This document shows, piece by piece, positions 9,435 to 17,168 of a DNA stretch of 64,000 nucleotides. Under the pieces are notes generated by a model, which was not told the origin of the DNA, did not search any database, and saw only the letters and a program-made list of their open reading frames with translations. The position numbers were made by a program, and so were the translations under genes. Each line of letters begins with the position of its first letter. The stretch's first letter is position 1. This stretch comes from Chloroflexia bacterium (GTDB taxonomy: Bacteria; Chloroflexota; Chloroflexia; QHBQ01; JADMIH01), in contig DASVRN010000100.1 of NCBI GenBank assembly GCA_036388595.1, positions 11,524-75,523 on the forward strand, written 5' to 3'.

Positions 9435-10505
9435 ATGCGCTACCTGGGTAACAAAGACAGCTTGCTGCCCTTCATCGACGAAGTGCTTGCTATGCACGGA
9501 GTGAAAAGCACGCGGGACAAACCGCTCTGCGTGTGCGACCCTTTCACCGGCACCACCGCCGTCGCCCGCCACCTCAAACGGCTCGAGTGGCAGACCGTCA
9601 CGGGCGACCTGATGACCTACTCCTACGCGCTGCAACACGCGTATATCGCCCTGAACGAAGCCCCGGTATTCGCCAACCTGGTGAACGCGGGCGTGCTAGA
9701 CGGCAGCGTGAACCTCCCGGTGCCCCTCCATCGCGTCATCGCGCACCTGAACAACCTGCGCGGCGTGGAGGGGTTCTTTTATTGGAATTACTCGCCCGAC
9801 GGGCCGGAGGGCAGGCGCTATTTCACGTCCGGGAACGCCCTGCGCATCGACGCTATCAGGAACACCATCAACTGGTGGTGGGAGCGGGGTTGGCTGATCG
9901 AATCGGAGCGATTCCTGCTGACGGCGGCACTGATCGAGGCGGTATCGAGGGTGGCGAACATCGCGGGCACCTATGCGGCGTTCCTCAAGCGGTGGGACTC
10001 GCGGGCGCGCAAGCCGCTGATGCTGGCGGTGCCCCAGGTGGTGCATAGCGCCTACGAGCACAGCATCAACCTGGCCGACGCCAACGAGTTGGTGCCCGAA
10101 ACGGAGTGCGACCTGCTGTACGTGGACCCCCCGTACAACACGCGGCAATACTGCACGAACTACCACCTGCTTGAGACGCTGGCGGTGGGCGATGAGCCTG
10201 AGACGCGGGGTGTCGCGGGGCTACGCACCGACGCCGAGGACAAGAGGTCGGCCTACTCCAAGACCGGGGCCGCAGAAGAAGCGTTATCGAAGCTGGTGAC
10301 AGGCTCCAAGGCGAAATGGGTGCTGGTCAGCTACAACAGCGAGGGCGTGATCCCGCACGACAAGATTGTGGACATCCTGTCTCAGCGCGGCACCGTGGAG
10401 ATTTACGCCTGCGAGTACCGCCGCTTCCGCTCCGACGCCGACGGTGAAAACCGCCAGTACAAGCCTAACACTACGGTGCAGGAGATGCTGTACTGGGTGG
10501 GGTGA
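9435..10505 (+). CDS. D12-class (Dam/FokI-like) N6-adenine DNA methyltransferase
   Basis: N-terminal MRYLGNKDSLLPFI (compare M.FokI MRFIGSKVNLL), motif I CDPFTGTTAV, and later LLYVDPPYNTRQY (motif IV). This is alpha-class order X-I-TRD-IV. Confidence 0.85.
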   Translation: MRYLGNKDSLLPFIDEVLAMHGVKSTRDKPLCVCDPFTGTTAVARHLKRLEWQTVTGDLMTYSYALQHAYIALNEAPVFANLVNAGVLDGSVNLPVPLHRVIAHLNNLRGVEGFFYWNYSPDGPEGRRYFTSGNALRIDAIRNTINWWWERGWLIESERFLLTAALIEAVSRVANIAGTYAAFLKRWDSRARKPLMLAVPQVVHSAYEHSINLADANELVPETECDLLYVDPPYNTRQYCTNYHLLETLAVGDEPETRGVAGLRTDAEDKRSAYSKTGAAEEALSKLVTGSKAKWVLVSYNSEGVIPHDKIVDILSQRGTVEIYACEYRRFRSDADGENRQYKPNTTVQEMLYWVG

Positions 10506-10512
10506 GGCGGAG

Positions 10513-10770
10513 TTCTTAATTCTTAATTCTTAATGTTCAATTCTTAATTGAGGTTTGGAGTAAATAGCAGATTTTGTGTGCGGGCACGATGCGTCGTGCC
10601 CATATGTGTCTGTATGGGTGGGAAACAGTAGCCATATGTGTGCATTCTACTTCGTACTGGGAGGCGGTCGTGCCGCAACGTAAGCTTGATACCTTGCATG
10701 GTGGCAACCGTGCCCCGCAACGAGAAACACAGCCAATTAAGAATTCAAAATTAAGAATTAAGAATTCTCC
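10513..10770. repeat. heptamer-arm hairpin element: (TTAATTC)n ... (GAATTAA)n
   Basis: ttcttaattcttaattcttaatgttcaattcttaattg at 10513-10550 and aattaagaattcaaaattaagaattaagaattc at 10736-10770. It lies between the two MTase genes. The right arm is wrongly included in track ORF 10574..11608. Confidence 0.75.
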
Positions 10771-10825
10771 CCCGCCGTCCGCCCATCCTCGTAACAGGTT
10801 GAACAACCTGACGGGGAGTGAGTGG

Positions 10826-11608
10826 GTGCATTTCCTGTCGTCCGTGGAGGCTACCGCGTTCCCAACTACCGGGCCGCAGTCGTACGGGCACAATTTGCGG
10901 CGAGTCCACCCATCACCCAAGCCGCCCCAGTTGATGCGGCGGCTGGTGGAGTTCTTTACGAAGGAGGGGGAATGGGTGCTTGACCCTTTTATGGGGGTTG
11001 GGGGCACACTGCTGGGGTGCTCGCTGGCGAACCGGGACGCGGTGGGGTTGGACCTATCTCCTGAGTACGTAGAGGTCTACAAGCAGGTGGCACGACAAGA
11101 GGGGTTGGGGACACAAACGGCGCTGATTACGGACGCGCGACGGATGTTGGAGCACCCGGAGGTAGCGGATCGCCTGTTCGACATGGTGCTGACCGACCCT
11201 CCCTATGGGGATATGATGCGGCGTCCGCAGAGCGGGGAGAAGAAGAAAAAGACGGGCCTGTCCTCGCCCACGCCGTTCACGGGCGACCCCGCCGACCTGG
11301 GCAACCTCACCTATGAGACATTCCTGGACGAGTTGGTAGGCATCATGGGCAAGTCGCTGGCGGTGCTCAAACCCTCGGGCTATCTAGTGCTGTTTGCCAA
11401 GGACTTCCAGCCCACCGAGCACCACCACAACCTGCTCCATGCCGACATCGTGGTGCGCCTCTCCAGGCTGCCGGAATTGGCCTACCGTGGCTGCAAAATC
11501 TGGTACGACCAGACCCCGCGCCTGTACCCATTCGGCTATCCCTACCGCTTCGTAGCCAACCAACTGCACCAGTACATCCTCATCTTCCAAAAAGCCAGCA
11601 ACCCTTAG
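10826..11608 (+). CDS. DNA methyltransferase (N6_N4_Mtase/PF01555-like, permuted motif order)
   Basis: VHPSPKPPQLMRRLVEFFTKEGEWVLDPFMGVGGTLLGCSLANRDAVGLDLSPEYVEV matches the HPTxKP + DPFxGSGTT catalytic-domain block, but it is followed (not preceded) by MVLTDPPYGDMM. A GTG start at 10826 with GGAGTGAG upstream is proposed; the repeat-encoded N-terminus of the track ORF is rejected. Confidence 0.65.
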   Translation: MHFLSSVEATAFPTTGPQSYGHNLRRVHPSPKPPQLMRRLVEFFTKEGEWVLDPFMGVGGTLLGCSLANRDAVGLDLSPEYVEVYKQVARQEGLGTQTALITDARRMLEHPEVADRLFDMVLTDPPYGDMMRRPQSGEKKKKTGLSSPTPFTGDPADLGNLTYETFLDELVGIMGKSLAVLKPSGYLVLFAKDFQPTEHHHNLLHADIVVRLSRLPELAYRGCKIWYDQTPRLYPFGYPYRFVANQLHQYILIFQKASNP

Positions 11609-11747
11609 GGGGCAATGAGTAAGAGACGAAACCGCAAAGGCGCAAAGAGCGCAAAGGACGCGCAAAGAGCATGAGGGTACGGGGCATACAAGAGCATGAT
11701 GCCCGTACCCTCGTCGGTGGCCCCGGTATTGGGCCCATAGAACCAAG

Positions 11748-11896
11748 CCCCTTCTGTCATCCTGAGCGCAGCGAAGGATCTCAAGAAGGTGAGTAGGGAT
11801 GCTGTTGAACGGCACGTACCAGGGTGCTGAACCTTCACCACAAGGGGTAAGGCAGCATCCTAGATCCTTCGCTACGCTCAGGATGACAGGGTGGGG
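11748..11896. repeat. MITE-like palindromic element, copy 4 (tcctgagcg variant)
   Basis: ccttctgtcatcctgagcgcagcgaaggatctc ... gatccttcgctacgctcaggatgacagggtgggg. The core shares gtagggatgctgttgaac with the solo arm at 6496. Confidence 0.75.
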
Positions 11897-12074
11897 CTTG
11901 GCCCTGCAAGAGCGGCATGGGGGCTACCCACGAGGGCAGGATACAGAGAGCGCCTACACACTCCAAACCATTATCTACTTAGTGTTACCTCTGAGCGTCC
12001 TTTGCGCTCTTTGCCCCTTTGCGGTTTCGTCTCTTGGGCAAGCCCACCGTCCGGTTTGTTGCAGGGGATACATT

Positions 12075-12083
12075 TGTTATACT
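12075..12083 (+). promoter_or_regulatory. extended -10 promoter (TGtTATACT) for the RHH/PIN operon
   Basis: ttTGtTATACT at 12075-12083. The AGGAGG RBS at 12098-12103 is followed by GTG 12111. Confidence 0.4.
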
Positions 12084-12110
12084 AGGGGGCTATAAACCAG
12101 GAGGATATGA

Positions 12111-12377
12111 GTGAGTAATTATCTAATTGACGTGCATCTCTATATGGAAAAGGGGATGTACGAGCGGCTGGTGGACCGGGCGCAGGAGCTTGGGACACCT
12201 TTGAGCGCGGTGGTACGTGAGGCGGTGGTGGAGTACTTCGCCAACATCCCCGAGGTGTCCGACCGCAGCGGCGATATGCCCCAACCCGAAGACGCCATCT
12301 GGCAGATACCCACATTGAGCCAGTCATTCGGGGCGCTCAACGTGCCTGGAATGGGCGGCAACGGAGGTAATCGCTGA
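12111..12377 (+). CDS. ribbon-helix-helix (CopG/VapB-like) antitoxin-like protein
   Basis: 88 aa, GTG start. ...ERLVDRAQELGTPLSAVVREAVVEYF is the RHH pattern. Its stop overlaps the downstream ATG (TGATG). Confidence 0.6.
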   Translation: MSNYLIDVHLYMEKGMYERLVDRAQELGTPLSAVVREAVVEYFANIPEVSDRSGDMPQPEDAIWQIPTLSQSFGALNVPGMGGNGGNR

Positions 12378-12814
12378 TGCGACGCCAGCACAGGCTTATT
12401 TTTGTGAACACCAGCGGCTGGCTGGCCCTCTACAACCCCAACGACCCCAATCACGCCGCCGCCCGCGCCCTCTGGGACGACCTGCGCAACCAGCCGGTGC
12501 GCTTCGTGACCACCGACTACGTGCTGGACCAGGTGTTCACCGCCATGAAGGTGTTCGGCTCTCTGGATGCGGCCCAGGCGATTTACACGGTGGTCAACAA
12601 CACCTCGCTGTTGCGCTTCTTCATGACCGACAGCGTCATCTTCGAGCGGGCCTGGAAGATCTTCGTGGACGACGAGCACCCCCAGTTCACCTTCACCGAC
12701 TGCATCAACTACGCCGTTATCCAGTACCTCGGCGCCGACGAGGTGTTCACCTTCGACCCCAACTTCACCGCGCCAGGGTTGATTAGAATTCCGTCTTCAG
12801 GTGCCAGGGGGTAG
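12377..12814 (+). CDS. PIN-domain (VapC-like) protein
   Basis: 145 aa, RLIFVNTSGWLAL ... TFTDCINYAVIQ ... FTFDPNF. This is a PIN fold, but the first conserved acidic residue reads Asn (FVNTSG). Confidence 0.7.
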   Translation: MRRQHRLIFVNTSGWLALYNPNDPNHAAARALWDDLRNQPVRFVTTDYVLDQVFTAMKVFGSLDAAQAIYTVVNNTSLLRFFMTDSVIFERAWKIFVDDEHPQFTFTDCINYAVIQYLGADEVFTFDPNFTAPGLIRIPSSGARG

Positions 12815-13160
12815 GGCTGAAACGTGAAACGTGAAACGTGATGCGGCCTGTGTTATTTGGTGCGTGGATTCGAGGGTGCTTCTATAGCAGCAGAACCCCA
12901 CTCCCTTCTGTCATCCTGAGCGTAGCGAAGGATCAGGTGAGTAGGCGAGAGTCCTCAACGTTGTGGATGATGCAGGTACGAGCAGCAGGGCACCTCAACA
13001 TCAAGGGTCAAGAACGGGCTACTGATCCTTCGCTACGCTCAGGATGACAAAGGGGAGCAAGGGTTCCTTACATGAAACAGGGTCGCCTCGTGAGTTGAGG
13101 CGACCCTGTTTCTTTTTGCGTACTAAGCTTCCCCTACCGCATCACGTTTCACGTTTCAGC
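12812..13160. repeat. composite element: (GAAACGT)n / (CACGTTT)n hairpin arms enclosing MITE-like copy 5 (12897-13057)
   Basis: gaaacgtgaaacgtgaaacgtgatgcgg at 12812-12840 and catcacgtttcacgtttcag at 13135-13160. Inside lies cccttctgtcatcctgagcgtagcgaaggatcagg ... ctgatccttcgctacgctcaggatgacaaagggga. Confidence 0.75.
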
Positions 13161-14166
13161 CACCGATGTGCGACATCTCCACCTTCGACCGCCTCACCGT
13201 CTCTAGGGTGCGCAGGTCGGAGTAGCGGTCGGTGCGGCGACGCCAGACTTTGGCGACGAAGGCTGATAGCTCCTCGTCAGTTTTGCCGGAGCGGAGGAGG
13301 GCGCGCAGGTCGTGGCCGTAGTTGCCGAAGAGGCAGGTGAAGAGTTGGCCCTCCGGCGAAAGGCGGGCGCGGGTGCAGGTGCCGCAGAAGGGTTGGGTGA
13401 TGGAGGAGATGATACCGATTTCGCCGCCGCCATCGAGGTAGCGGTAGCGGGAGGCCACTTCGCCCGTGTAGTTCGGCTCGGCGGGTTCGATGGGCATCTC
13501 GGCGTTGATGACGCGCACGATCTCAGAGGCGGGCACCACGTCGTCCATGCGCCAGCCATTGGTGGTGCCCACGTCCATGTACTCGATGAAGCGCAGAATG
13601 TAGCCGGTGCCGTGGAAGTAGCGGGCCATGGGCAGGATGCTGCTTTCGTTCACGCCACGCTGGACCACCATGTTGATCTTGATCGGCCACAGCCCGGCTT
13701 CCCGGGCGGCCTCAAGCCCTTCCAGCACGCGCCCCACCGGGAAGTCCACATCGTTCATCGACCGGAACACCGCATCGTCTAGCGAGTCGAGGCTGACCGT
13801 GAGGCGCTTCAGCCCGGCCTCCTTCAACGCAACGGCCTTCTTCGTGAGGAGCGCGCCGTTGGTGGTAAGAGTGAGGTCCTTGAGGCCATCCAGCGAGGCG
13901 AGCATGGCGATCAGCTTCTCCAGGTCGCGCCGCACCAACGGCTCCCCGCCCGTGATGCGCAGCTTCTCGACGCCGAGGCCGATGAAGACATGGGCCAGGC
14001 GGGTAATCTCCTCGAAGGTCAGCAGGTCGGCGCTGGGCAGGAACTGGAAGTCGCGCCCGAACACCTCCTTGGGCATGCAGTAGGTGCAGCGGAAATTGCA
14101 CCTATCGGTCACCGAGATGCGCAGGTCGTGGAGGGGCCTATTCAGTTGGTCAGTGGGCTTTTGCAT
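13156..14166 (-). CDS. moaA: GTP 3',8-cyclase MoaA (radical SAM)
   Basis: [18 protein letters not shown]...GGEPLVRRD. Start placed at the internal Met (ATG 14166, MQKPTDQL). The track N-terminus translates the GGATTTT repeat. Confidence 0.9.
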   Translation of the reverse strand: MQKPTDQLNRPLHDLRISVTDRCNFRCTYCMPKEVFGRDFQFLPSADLLTFEEITRLAHVFIGLGVEKLRITGGEPLVRRDLEKLIAMLASLDGLKDLTLTTNGALLTKKAVALKEAGLKRLTVSLDSLDDAVFRSMNDVDFPVGRVLEGLEAAREAGLWPIKINMVVQRGVNESSILPMARYFHGTGYILRFIEYMDVGTTNGWRMDDVVPASEIVRVINAEMPIEPAEPNYTGEVASRYRYLDGGGEIGIISSITQPFCGTCTRARLSPEGQLFTCLFGNYGHDLRALLRSGKTDEELSAFVAKVWRRRTDRYSDLRTLETVRRSKVEMSHIGG

Positions 14167-14167
14167 T

Positions 14168-14247
14168 TTGGATTTTGGATTTTGGATTTTAGATTGGTTT
14201 GGAGTGCTTCTTAATCCAAAATCCAAAACCTAAAATCCAAAATCGAA
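14168..14247. repeat. heptamer-arm hairpin: (GGATTTT)n ... (AAAATCC)n inside the moa operon
   Basis: ggattttggattttggattttagattgg at 14170-14197 and ccaaaatccaaaacctaaaatccaaaatc at 14214-14245. Confidence 0.8.
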
Positions 14248-14248
14248 T

Positions 14249-14725
14249 TTATCCGGCTCCTATTCCTACCCAGTGCTCGCCGTCTTCGAAGTACTCTTTC
14301 TTCCAGATGGGAACGCGTTCCTTTAGGAGGTCGAGGGCTTCGCTGCACGCCTCGAACGCTTCCCGGCGGTGGGGAGATGAAGCGGCTATAACCACGCTTG
14401 CCTCGCCTATCGCCAGTCTGCCTACCCTGTGCCGGATAGCGATGCCGTGCAGGCCCCACTTGTCCGCCATTTCCCGGCCGATGCGCTCCATCTCGGCCAC
14501 GGCCATTTCGTCGTAAGCCTCGTATTCAAGCGAGACGACCTTGCGGCCATCGGTGTTGTCGCGCACGGTGCCGGTGAAGGTCACCACAGCCCCGATGCTG
14601 CCCACTAGCACGACTTTCACCAGGTCGTCCGTGGAGAGCGACTCGCGGGTTATGTCAAACAAGTAGCTAACCTCAGCGGGGCGACTCGCGGGCGAGTTGG
14701 AGACGGGAGTTGTATCGAGAGACAC
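14249..14725 (-). CDS. moaE: molybdopterin synthase catalytic subunit MoaE
   Basis: 158 aa, ...VTFTGTVRD...[16 protein letters not shown]...VPIWKKE. Confidence 0.85.
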   Translation of the reverse strand: MSLDTTPVSNSPASRPAEVSYLFDITRESLSTDDLVKVVLVGSIGAVVTFTGTVRDNTDGRKVVSLEYEAYDEMAVAEMERIGREMADKWGLHGIAIRHRVGRLAIGEASVVIAASSPHRREAFEACSEALDLLKERVPIWKKEYFEDGEHWVGIGAG

Positions 14726-14726
14726 G

Positions 14727-14972
14727 TTAGCCTCCGCTCACAGGAGGTATGAAGGCTACTTCGTCACCATCGGAAAGCTGAGTGGTGGCACGAGCGTAGG
14801 TGCCGTTCACGGCGAAGGCGGATATGGTGCCCATCGGCTTCAGGGGCGGGTACTGGACCTGGAGCGCGTCCCAAAGCTGCGCCACGGTGGTGCCCGGCTC
14901 CACCTGGGTTACGCTTTCGGACGTGCCCGCTGCCTCGCGGAATGTGGCGAATAATCTTACGGTGACTTTCAT
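14727..14972 (-). CDS. moaD: molybdopterin synthase sulfur-carrier subunit MoaD
   Basis: [16 protein letters not shown]...[12 protein letters not shown]. ThiS/MoaD fold with a C-terminal GG. Start at Met18 of the track ORF. Confidence 0.8.
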   Translation of the reverse strand: MKVTVRLFATFREAAGTSESVTQVEPGTTVAQLWDALQVQYPPLKPMGTISAFAVNGTYARATTQLSDGDEVAFIPPVSGG

Positions 14973-15039
14973 TGCGCTCTTTCCATAAATGCTGCTATCT
15001 TTGATTCTACCACACATACGCACCCACCACTAGAGCTGT

Positions 15040-15293
15040 GTGATTGCATACAGGGCTGTGACAAAGTCGATGGGTTGCAACCTATAGGACCAGGCACCAC
15101 CCTTGTCATTTCGAACGCAGTGAGAAATCTCGTCCTCCAGCACCCAAAGCCAACCTTTATCCAACTATCCAGCATTATAACAAGATAGTCTCACAAGAAA
15201 CGGCCACAGCCCGGTGAAGGACGAGACTTCTCACTGCGTTCGAAATGACAGGGCGGTGCCTGGTCTCATAATTCGACTTTGTCACAGCCCTGG
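15040..15293. repeat. MITE-like palindromic element, copy 6 (tttcgaacg variant, extended ~60-bp terminal inverted repeats)
   Basis: Inner arms cccttgtcatttcgaacgcagtgagaaatctcgtcc / ggacgagacttctcactgcgttcgaaatgacaggg. Outer arms cagggctgtgacaaagtcga...gaccaggcacc and ggtgcctggtc...tcgactttgtcacagccctg. Confidence 0.75.
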
Positions 15294-15328
15294 ATTGCAT
15301 GGTTAGTCTGAACTGGAGGCATAGAGTG

Positions 15329-16066
15329 ATGAACAAAATGTATACGGAACTCGCCACATGGTGGTTTTTACTCTCTCCTCCTGGCGAGTACGAGGAAGAA
15401 GCCGCCTTTTTCCGGCAGGTGCTTGCGTCAGCAAATCTGCCTCTGCAACCTACGTTGCTTGAGCTGGGTTGCGGAGGTGGAAACAACGCCCTGTACCTCA
15501 AGACCGACTTTACGCAGGTGACGCTTACTGACCTGTCGCCGCAGATGCTGGCACTGAGCCGCCAACTGAATCCAGAATGCGAACACCTCGTTGGAGATAT
15601 GCGCACCCTGCGGCTTGGGCGCACCTTTGACGTGGTATTCGTCCACGACGCTATAGAGTACATGACCTCGGAAGATGATCTTCGGCTGGCGCTTGAGACC
15701 ACATTCCTGCATTGCGCCGCGGGCGGTCTGGCCCTCATAGTGCCTGACTACGTCCGGGAGACTTTTGAGCCATCCACCGATCACGGCGGAAGCGATGACC
15801 CGTCAGGCAACCGAGGCTTACGGTACCTGGAATGGACTTATGACCCGGACGAGACCGATACGACGTACACGGTCGACTACGCATATCTGTTGCACGAACA
15901 GAACAAGCCGGTAAGCCTCGTGCATGACCAGCATATCTGTGGGCTATACCCACGTGGCGAGTGGATGCGTCTCTTACAAGAGGCCGGTTTCGAGCCGGAA
16001 ATCACCCGCGACGAGTACGAGCGCGATATATTTATCGCACGCCGCCCCATCGTCCCCAGCACATAG
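15329..16066 (+). CDS. class I SAM-dependent methyltransferase
   Basis: LLELGCGGGNNALYL motif I and VVFVHDAIEYM. Start placed at MNKMYTEL (15329), which is less certain. Confidence 0.65.
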   Translation: MNKMYTELATWWFLLSPPGEYEEEAAFFRQVLASANLPLQPTLLELGCGGGNNALYLKTDFTQVTLTDLSPQMLALSRQLNPECEHLVGDMRTLRLGRTFDVVFVHDAIEYMTSEDDLRLALETTFLHCAAGGLALIVPDYVRETFEPSTDHGGSDDPSGNRGLRYLEWTYDPDETDTTYTVDYAYLLHEQNKPVSLVHDQHICGLYPRGEWMRLLQEAGFEPEITRDEYERDIFIARRPIVPST

Positions 16067-16101
16067 CTTTAGAAGGATGTCATGGTCGCTTGCCCATCCC
16101 T

Positions 16102-17016
16102 CTATCGCTTTATGCGCCACTGAAGGAGGAAAACGGCAGCGAGTACAAGCAGGCCGCCTAACATCTGGGGCCAGTCTATAACTTCGTGGAGGACGAAAAA
16201 GGCCAGCATAGTAGCCACTACAGGCTCGAAGGTGGCGAGGATGCTGGCAACCCCTGCATCGAGGTAGCGTAGGCCCGTGACGTAGGCTGCCACGGCCCCC
16301 AGCGTTTGCACCAGGGCGAGGACCAGCAAGAGGCCCCAGGCACCGGGGTTGTCGCCTGTGACGAGCAATTGGTCGGGGCCGGTGAGGAAGGCCAGCGCCA
16401 GGAGGCCCAGCACGCCGATGCTGTAGATGTAGAAGCTGGTGGTGGCTACACCATAGCCTCGGTTGAGGGACACCTTGCCCAGGATGCTGTAGAGGGCGTA
16501 CGCGAAGGCCGAACCAAGCCCGCACAGCACGCCCAGGGCGTTCACGCTGAGCAGGGCTGGGTCGTAGGCCCGCGACATCAGCAGCACTCCCAGGAAGGTC
16601 AGCAGCAGGGCGGCCAGTTTGCGCCTGTCGAAGCTCTCACCGAGGAAGCGCCAGGCGAGGACCGCCACTATTATGGGCGCGGTATAGAGCAGCACCACCG
16701 CGACGGCGACGCCCACCAGCAGCACCGAATAGATGTACAGCGGGTAGAAGGCGGTTACACCCAGGAGCCCGAACACCAGGAACATTGGCAGGTCGGCCCG
16801 CCGCACTCGCAATAGGCCCCGCTTCCCCGCGCCGAGGGGTAGGACAAGGCCCATGACCAGGCCGAGCGCGAGCGCTGCCAACCCACCCCGCCAGAAGACA
16901 ATAGCCAGCGGTGTCAGGTGGAACTGCTCCGTGCCGATGCGGTAGAACGTGCCCAGCGTGCCCCACAAACCGGCGGCCAGCAGCACTAAGAAGATGCCTC
17001 GTTGTCTATTGCCCAT
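16102..17016 (-). CDS. EamA/DMT-family transporter
   Basis: 304 aa, 10 TM helices, duplicated EamA pattern. Confidence 0.85.
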   Translation of the reverse strand: MGNRQRGIFLVLLAAGLWGTLGTFYRIGTEQFHLTPLAIVFWRGGLAALALGLVMGLVLPLGAGKRGLLRVRRADLPMFLVFGLLGVTAFYPLYIYSVLLVGVAVAVVLLYTAPIIVAVLAWRFLGESFDRRKLAALLLTFLGVLLMSRAYDPALLSVNALGVLCGLGSAFAYALYSILGKVSLNRGYGVATTSFYIYSIGVLGLLALAFLTGPDQLLVTGDNPGAWGLLLVLALVQTLGAVAAYVTGLRYLDAGVASILATFEPVVATMLAFFVLHEVIDWPQMLGGLLVLAAVFLLQWRIKR

Positions 17017-17021
17017 AGGGA

Positions 17022-17160
17022 ATTGATAATTACGAATTACGAATTACAGATTGCAGGCAGTATCCCATTGATGAGAGTGGAGCGCAAGAACAAAGGGAGC
17101 AGGTGTTGACCTACTCCCTTAGCATCCCCGTAATTCGTAATTCGTAATTCGTAATTCGTA
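17022..17160. repeat. heptamer-arm hairpin: (GAATTAC)n ... (GTAATTC)n
   Basis: gataattacgaattacgaattacag at 17024-17050 and cgtaattcgtaattcgtaattcgtaattac at 17128-17165. It lies between two co-oriented minus-strand genes. Confidence 0.8.
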
Positions 17161-17168
17161 ATTACCCT

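Noticed and set aside
13203-14101. ORFs 13203..13559, 13312..13782, 13628..14083 and 13712..14101 overlapping moaA
   Set aside because: They are alternative-frame or antisense shadows of the well-supported radical-SAM MoaA. Their products are Ala/Arg/Pro-rich, as expected from high GC.
14167-14226. Repeat-encoded N-termini of ORF-track calls (MoaA 14226, MTase 10574, DinG 26787, CbiX-like 38028, GT-C 21951)
   Set aside because: The extra residues are direct translations of heptamer, MITE or promoter sequence (for example SKIQNPKSK from ccaaaatcc repeats). Conserved N-termini with RBS begin downstream, so starts were moved.
15175-15738. 187-aa minus-strand ORF
   Set aside because: It spans MITE copy 6 and runs antisense to the SAM-methyltransferase start. 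It has no RBS and a Ser/Arg-rich low-complexity product.
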